Sequence record: SRR20825019_1182
Length of the DNA stretch: 51,988 nucleotides
Reading direction: 5' to 3' (one strand)
A program made the position numbers and the translations under genes. The notes below the pieces were generated by a model. It did not search any database, had not been told where the DNA came from, and worked only from the letters and a program-made list of their open reading frames with translations. This document shows, in pieces, positions 47,043-51,988 of the stretch (within the stretch, counting starts at the first letter, position 1; each line of letters opens with the position of its first letter).

Positions 47043-48098
47043 TCACATATTCGGGTCGAGAACGATCTTGATTTGCACGTCGTCCGGCGCAGAACGCCGT
47101 TCGAGCGCTTCTTTGAAGGCTTCCAGTGGATAGCGGTGCGTGACGCAGGCATCGCCATCTATAAGCCCGCGGCTCATCAAGTCCAGCGCTGTACGGTAGG
47201 TAAAGGGCGCCAGATGCCCGCCCCGGATGTCGAGTTCCTTGAACTCACCGAAAATATTGAGGTCCACAGCGACCGGTTTCTTGTAGACCCCGAAGACAAC
47301 GAGCCGGCCAGCCTTGCGTAAAAGTTCGAGCCCGAGGGTGAAAGCCTGCGTCTGGCCGGAGGCTTCGAGGAACACATCCGCGCCGCGTCCGTCCGTCAGA
47401 TCTCCAAGTGCGCTCTTCAGCTCGGGGTCGTCCGGATGGAAAGTCATGTCGGCGCCGAGTTTCATTGCAAGCTGTCGTTTGGCTTCACCAGGATTGACAA
47501 GAATAAGCTTGCGCGGGGTTTTCAGCCTTGCCGCCTGTATCATGCCCATGCCGATAGGTCCGGCTCCCGATACGACAACAACATCTTCGAAGCCGATCTC
47601 GGCCCGCTCGACGCCATGAATGGCATTGGCGAGGGGTTCGGTATAGCAGGCGGCGCTGTCTGAGAGGTTGTCCGGCACCTTGTGGATCACGGCATCCGCC
47701 GGATAGATCATGTATTCCGCGAAACCGCCGTCGAGCGTTGCGCCGATCACGTCCATCCGGTCGGAGAGGTGATAGAGACCACGCTGACGGAAGAAATCGT
47801 TTCCATAAGTGATGTTGAGTTCGGCCACCGCCCGGTCTCCGACTTTCACGCCGTGGCGATCATCCGCGTCTTCACCCAGTTCGACAACCGTTCCGGTGAA
47901 CTCGTGACCCGGCGTGAACGGGAAGGGTAGCGACCAGGGCCCCGAGCCATCCCACATGGCCCGGTCTGCAGCGCATATGCCGCTGGCATCCACGCGCACA
48001 AGAACTTCGCCGGGTTTTGGCTGCGGAATTTTAAAGTCTGTTTCCAGCCGATGCTGATGCCCGAAGCCGTAACAGCGTATGGCCCTCATGGTGCTCAT
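47043..48098 (-). CDS. Zinc-dependent (MDR) polyol dehydrogenase
   Basis: GICAAD, GHEF, EPLA, GAGPIG; start MSTMRAI at 48098 after GGGAGG. Confidence 0.88.
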   Translation of the reverse strand: MSTMRAIRCYGFGHQHRLETDFKIPQPKPGEVLVRVDASGICAADRAMWDGSGPWSLPFPFTPGHEFTGTVVELGEDADDRHGVKVGDRAVAELNITYGNDFFRQRGLYHLSDRMDVIGATLDGGFAEYMIYPADAVIHKVPDNLSDSAACYTEPLANAIHGVERAEIGFEDVVVVSGAGPIGMGMIQAARLKTPRKLILVNPGEAKRQLAMKLGADMTFHPDDPELKSALGDLTDGRGADVFLEASGQTQAFTLGLELLRKAGRLVVFGVYKKPVAVDLNIFGEFKELDIRGGHLAPFTYRTALDLMSRGLIDGDACVTHRYPLEAFKEALERRSAPDDVQIKIVLDPNM

Positions 48099-48188
48099 CT
48101 TTTCCTCCCTTTGCGCCCACGACATTTTCCTTGTCTGCGTGGCGTTGAATGTAGACGGAGCGGGTTTGAACATAAACCACTTGATTTT

Positions 48189-48220
48189 TACAAATGACTG
48201 AATTAATGACTTTTGTAAAG
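48189..48220. promoter_or_regulatory. Putative SorC-family operator, copy 2
   Basis: TACAAATGA-N9-TGACTTTTGTAAAG in the dehydrogenase/transketolase divergent promoter. Confidence 0.65.
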
Positions 48221-48237
48221 TTTGAAGGAGGAGCCCA

Positions 48238-49164
48238 GTGAGAAATTCCAAGACAACCGAAGAGGTCGCTCTCGGCATTCGCCGACGCGTTTTCGAGCAT
48301 TCCATGCGCAATAATGGCGGCTATCTCAGCCAGGCCTGCTCGGCTGGTGAACAACTCGCCTGGCTCTATAATGAAGAACTCAACCTCGGCGAGCCGACGC
48401 TTCCGATGGTCCCCAAACCCTTTTCCGGCGTGCCGTCTGCTGAAAATGCCGACTATCACACCGGGGCGGGCTATAATGGCCCGGCAGCGCCGGAATTCGA
48501 CCGGCTCTTCATCGCTCCCGCTCACTATGCACTTGTCGCCTATGCGACTCTGATCGAGGTTGGCCGCATGGCGCCTGAGGGGCTCACCATGTTCAACAAG
48601 GACGGTTCGTCCGTGGAGATGATCGGTGCGGAGCATTCTCCGGGCATGGAGGTCCATAACGGTACGCTTGGTATCGGTCTTTCCACGGCGGCGGGCCTTG
48701 CCTATGGGCGTCGCAGACGCGGCGACAGCGGTCGAACCTGGGTGTTCATGTCAGACGGTGAAGTACAGGAAGGCCAGACCTGGGAAGCTGTTCAGTCCTG
48801 TGCCCATCACGGCATCGATAACCTCTTCGCGATCATGGACGTCAACGATCAGCAATGCGACGGCGCCATGAATTCGGTCATGGAGGTCGGCGATATCAGA
48901 ACCAAGTTCAACAATTTCGGTGCTGTCTGTTTGGAAATAGATGGTCACGATGTTGACGCCATGCGCGAGGCGGTTCGTGAGCCGCACGAAGGCAAGCCGC
49001 TGATCATTCTTGCCCGGACGAGCCCGTTCAACGCCATGCCGATCCTGGAGGAGCGCTTCCCGCGCCTTCACTATGTGCGCTTCAAGTCCGAGGACGAGCG
49101 CCAGCGCATGAATGTTTCGATTGCCGCGGATCTTGGCATTGAGCCGGTTGACTACGCACACTGA
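48238..49164 (+). CDS. Transketolase-like N-terminal (ThDP-binding) subunit
   Basis: DRLF, GTLGIGLS, SDGEVQEGQTWEA...DVNDQQCDG, DGHD; AGGAGGAG RBS before GTG. Confidence 0.9.
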   Translation: MRNSKTTEEVALGIRRRVFEHSMRNNGGYLSQACSAGEQLAWLYNEELNLGEPTLPMVPKPFSGVPSAENADYHTGAGYNGPAAPEFDRLFIAPAHYALVAYATLIEVGRMAPEGLTMFNKDGSSVEMIGAEHSPGMEVHNGTLGIGLSTAAGLAYGRRRRGDSGRTWVFMSDGEVQEGQTWEAVQSCAHHGIDNLFAIMDVNDQQCDGAMNSVMEVGDIRTKFNNFGAVCLEIDGHDVDAMREAVREPHEGKPLIILARTSPFNAMPILEERFPRLHYVRFKSEDERQRMNVSIAADLGIEPVDYAH

Positions 49165-49176
49165 GGAGACGGGAAA

Positions 49177-50181
49177 ATGGTAGAAATGGTATCACGCCCT
49201 TACGCAGCGGCGTTCGAGAAGTTTGCGGCGGGAAATCCCGATATTCTGTGCCTTTCGGCAGATCTGACCTCGTCCTGCGAGATCGACGGATTTCGTGACC
49301 GTCACCCTGATCAGTTCCTTTCGCTTGGCATGGCCGAGCAGAACATGATGAGCTTTGCGGGAGGGCTTGGGCTTGCGGGATTTCGTCCGTTCATCCACAC
49401 CTTCGGTGTTTTCATGTATCGCAGGCCTTACGACCAGTTGATGGCATCCGTTGCCTATCCGCGCCGCAAGGTGCGGCTGATGGGTTTCCTGCCCGGCGTC
49501 ACGACACCCGGCGGTATGACGCATCAGTCGATCGAAGACATCTCGGTCATGCGTTCGATCCCCAACATGACAATTCTGGAAACCGGGGATGCGACCGAGG
49601 TTGAAAGCATCTGCGAGGCCGCCGACAGTATTGACGGTCCGGTCTGGTGCCGTGTGCTGCGCGGTTCCGTGCCGCGCCTGTTCGATACGCCCATCAAGGT
49701 TGGCGAAATGCGTGAGCTGAGCGCAGGTGACGATGTTCTGGTCGTAACCGCGGGCATCACCACGGAAGAGGCGATGCGTGCGCGTTCGGCACTGAAAAAT
49801 GCCGGGCTTTCTATCCGGCACCTTCATCTCAACACCATCAAGCCTTTCAACGCCCAAGCCTTGCTGGATCACGTCGGCTCGGTTCGTCATGGTGTGATCA
49901 CGCTGGAAAACCACGTTACCGAGGGCGGTATTGGCTCACTCGTCGCTGAAACCATGGCAGATGCCGGTGTCGGCAAGCGGCTGATCCGTCTCGGACTCAA
50001 GGACACTTATGCCCATGGTGGTTCGCGCGGTTATCTGATGCGTTATTACGGTCTTGACGCACTGGCGCTGGTGCGCGGTGTTGAGGATCTGGTTGGCGCG
50101 CAATTTGGTATCAGCGAAAACGATCTGGATTCAGCACGCGTTGAAGATGTTCACTCGTTGGTGAAAGCGGAAGCACTTTAG
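49177..50181 (+). CDS. Transketolase-like C-terminal subunit
   Basis: LSADL, GMAEQNM, GGMTHQSIED, TIKPF, ENH. Confidence 0.92.
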   Translation: MVEMVSRPYAAAFEKFAAGNPDILCLSADLTSSCEIDGFRDRHPDQFLSLGMAEQNMMSFAGGLGLAGFRPFIHTFGVFMYRRPYDQLMASVAYPRRKVRLMGFLPGVTTPGGMTHQSIEDISVMRSIPNMTILETGDATEVESICEAADSIDGPVWCRVLRGSVPRLFDTPIKVGEMRELSAGDDVLVVTAGITTEEAMRARSALKNAGLSIRHLHLNTIKPFNAQALLDHVGSVRHGVITLENHVTEGGIGSLVAETMADAGVGKRLIRLGLKDTYAHGGSRGYLMRYYGLDALALVRGVEDLVGAQFGISENDLDSARVEDVHSLVKAEAL

Positions 50182-50376
50182 GTCGGGCCTGTCGATCACA
50201 TTGTGCTTCCCGAGCCGGGGGACGGGCGCGCATAGCGATTTTCATGCAGGTTTCAACCAGCTCTTTTCGGCGAAGCGGTAACCGCCCGCCCGCCGCTTCG
50301 TCACATGGCTGGTTTTTATGCCGACCTCGTGCAAAAAAGGCGGTGCCGTTCGGCTGCCGCCGTCCAACGCCATTCA

Positions 50377-51399
50377 TCACTGATCCTTGGTATAACAGCG
50401 GCTGCTGGTATCGCGCACGGTGAGCGTCACCGGTGAAAACGCCTTTTCAGGGGGCCGTTCTCCGGTTTCCAACCAGTCCAGCATGGTGGCCGCGGCATGG
50501 CGGCCAAAGGCACCGATATCGCAGTGGACGGAGGACAATTTCGGAAAGGCCAGTGCGCATTCCTCGATGTCATCGAAGCCGACCAGCGCGATGTCGCGAC
50601 CGACAGCGACCCCGGCCTCCGCAAAGCCCGCCATCATGCCCAGCGCCACCAGATCGTTGAAGCAGAGCACGGCATCAAGCCTGCGGGGAGCGCGCGCAAG
50701 CTTCAGTGCGGCATCGCGGCCGAAGGCGCGCGTCGGGCGACCAAGCAGGGTTAATTCCTCGGCCCCGGTCTCGGCGATCACCGCGCGGTATCCGGTCATC
50801 CGCTCATGGGTCACGGCCCGGTCCGGCAAGCCACCGATAAAGGCGATGTTCTGCGCCCCCGTTTCAACGAGATGGCGGGCGGCCGCCAGGCTCCCGCCCT
50901 CGTAATCCAGCGAGGCGAAGGGAAAACGCGCGGTGTCGGCATTGGCCATGCGAAGCACCTGCAGCGCCGGCAGGCCTGCGCGCGCGATCCGCTCGAACAC
51001 GGCGCCATCATCGCCGTAGGCCGGCGACATGATCAGCGCCGAAACCCCATGCTCGACCATGGAGGCAATCACCTGTTCCTGAATCGCCACGTCCTCGTCG
51101 GTATTGGCAATCACGGTGGCAAAACCGTGTTCGGCAAAGGTCATCTGGGCGCTGGCCGCAAACTCGGCGAAGAACGGATTGCGAAGGTCGTTGATGACCA
51201 GACCGATCAACCCGGCCTCGGCCCCGCGCAGGTTGGCCGCCGCGCGGTTATAGACATAGTTCAGCGCCTGCATGGATTTTTCGACGCGGGCGCGGGTCTC
51301 CTTTTTCACCAGTGGTGAATTCTGCAAAACGAGCGAAACCGTCGATTTGGAAAGACCTGCATGGCGGGCCACATCAATGATTGTCGGTCGTCTCGCCAT
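50377..51399 (-). CDS. LacI-family transcriptional regulator
   Basis: TIIDVARHAGLSKSTVSLVL HTH; NPFF; FNDLVALG; VGFDD. Confidence 0.95.
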   Translation of the reverse strand: MARRPTIIDVARHAGLSKSTVSLVLQNSPLVKKETRARVEKSMQALNYVYNRAAANLRGAEAGLIGLVINDLRNPFFAEFAASAQMTFAEHGFATVIANTDEDVAIQEQVIASMVEHGVSALIMSPAYGDDGAVFERIARAGLPALQVLRMANADTARFPFASLDYEGGSLAAARHLVETGAQNIAFIGGLPDRAVTHERMTGYRAVIAETGAEELTLLGRPTRAFGRDAALKLARAPRRLDAVLCFNDLVALGMMAGFAEAGVAVGRDIALVGFDDIEECALAFPKLSSVHCDIGAFGRHAAATMLDWLETGERPPEKAFSPVTLTVRDTSSRCYTKDQ

Positions 51400-51411
51400 A
51401 TCCGGCCCTTT

Positions 51412-51988
51412 TCAGTCATCTGGTGCAGATAGAGAGTTTTCGCCCTGTTCCGCAAGCCCTCCAAGCCGATATTCGCGAGCAATCATATCAGCCGCCTTTT
51501 CACCGATCATGATGGCCGCGGCATTGGTGTTGGAGGAAATCAGCTGCGGCATGATCGAGGCATCGACGACACGAAGGCCCGTCAGGCCGTTGAATTTCAG
51601 CTCCGGATCGACCACGGCCCGGCCGTCCGTCCCCATGCGGCAGGTGCCTGCCGGGTGGTGGTCGGTCTTGGCGTGGCGGCAGGCATAGCTGAAATAGTCG
51701 GCGTCGGTCTTGACCTCGGGGCCCGGGATCATCTCCCGCTTGATGAACGGCGCGAGTGCCTTCTGGTGCATGATCTCCTGCGCCAGCTTCAGCCCTCGGA
51801 TCGACATCTCGCGGTCATGGGGGGCTGCCCAGTAATTCGGGTCGATCAGCGGTGCATCGGCCGGATTTGCCGACTTTAGCCGCACGCTGCCGCGCGAGCG
51901 GGGTCTCAGATAGGCCGAGTTCAATGTTACGCCCGGGTTTTTCATCTTGTCCACGCCAGCCTCGATGCCGGAGCCGAGGCCGAGATGG
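51412..51988 (-). CDS. GMC-family oxidoreductase (choline dehydrogenase-like), 3' part; start lies outside the window
   Basis: LRPRSRGSV, IDPNY, HPAGTCRMG, GLRVVDASIMP, NTNAA..MIGEKAAD. Confidence 0.9.
   Translation of the reverse strand, partial: HLGLGSGIEAGVDKMKNPGVTLNSAYLRPRSRGSVRLKSANPADAPLIDPNYWAAPHDREMSIRGLKLAQEIMHQKALAPFIKREMIPGPEVKTDADYFSYACRHAKTDHHPAGTCRMGTDGRAVVDPELKFNGLTGLRVVDASIMPQLISSNTNAAAIMIGEKAADMIAREYRLGGLAEQGENSLSAPDD

Noticed and set aside
48099-48311. 71-aa N-terminal extension of the dehydrogenase
   Set aside because: Spans the divergent promoter and overlaps the transketolase start; a strong RBS precedes ATG 48098

Overview
GC-rich bacterial DNA, most consistent with a Rhizobiales-like alphaproteobacterium (inference from gene families and gene order). 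From left to right: (1) a KdgF-like cupin; (2) two orphan minus-strand genes (680 aa and 181 aa) with the composition of secreted effector/translocator proteins, behind a very AT-rich divergent region; (3) a translationally coupled pair of a 2176-aa Ig-repeat (DUF11-like) surface protein and a 1254-aa predicted outer-membrane beta-barrel protein, a candidate dedicated adhesin export/anchoring system; (4) a ~17-kb catabolic island for an unknown sugar-like compound, with an ABC transporter, 2 SDRs, a beta-hydroxyacid dehydrogenase, a ThuA-like protein, a wHTH/solute-binding fusion regulator next to a clear operator, an M24-fold hydrolase, ThDP E1 alpha/beta, a split E2 and an aldehyde dehydrogenase; (5) a GntR + TRAP module and an HNH endonuclease remnant; (6) a ~14-kb putative SorC-regulated polyol/sugar cluster with an ABC transporter, 2 MDR dehydrogenases, an FGGY kinase, a class II aldolase/epimerase, an atypical split transketolase and a cytoplasmic BisC-like molybdoenzyme, whose two divergent promoters share one motif; (7) a LacI regulator and the 3' end of a GMC oxidoreductase. 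No rRNA, tRNA, CRISPR array or intact mobile element was recognised. All family calls are by eye from motifs; no database searches were run.
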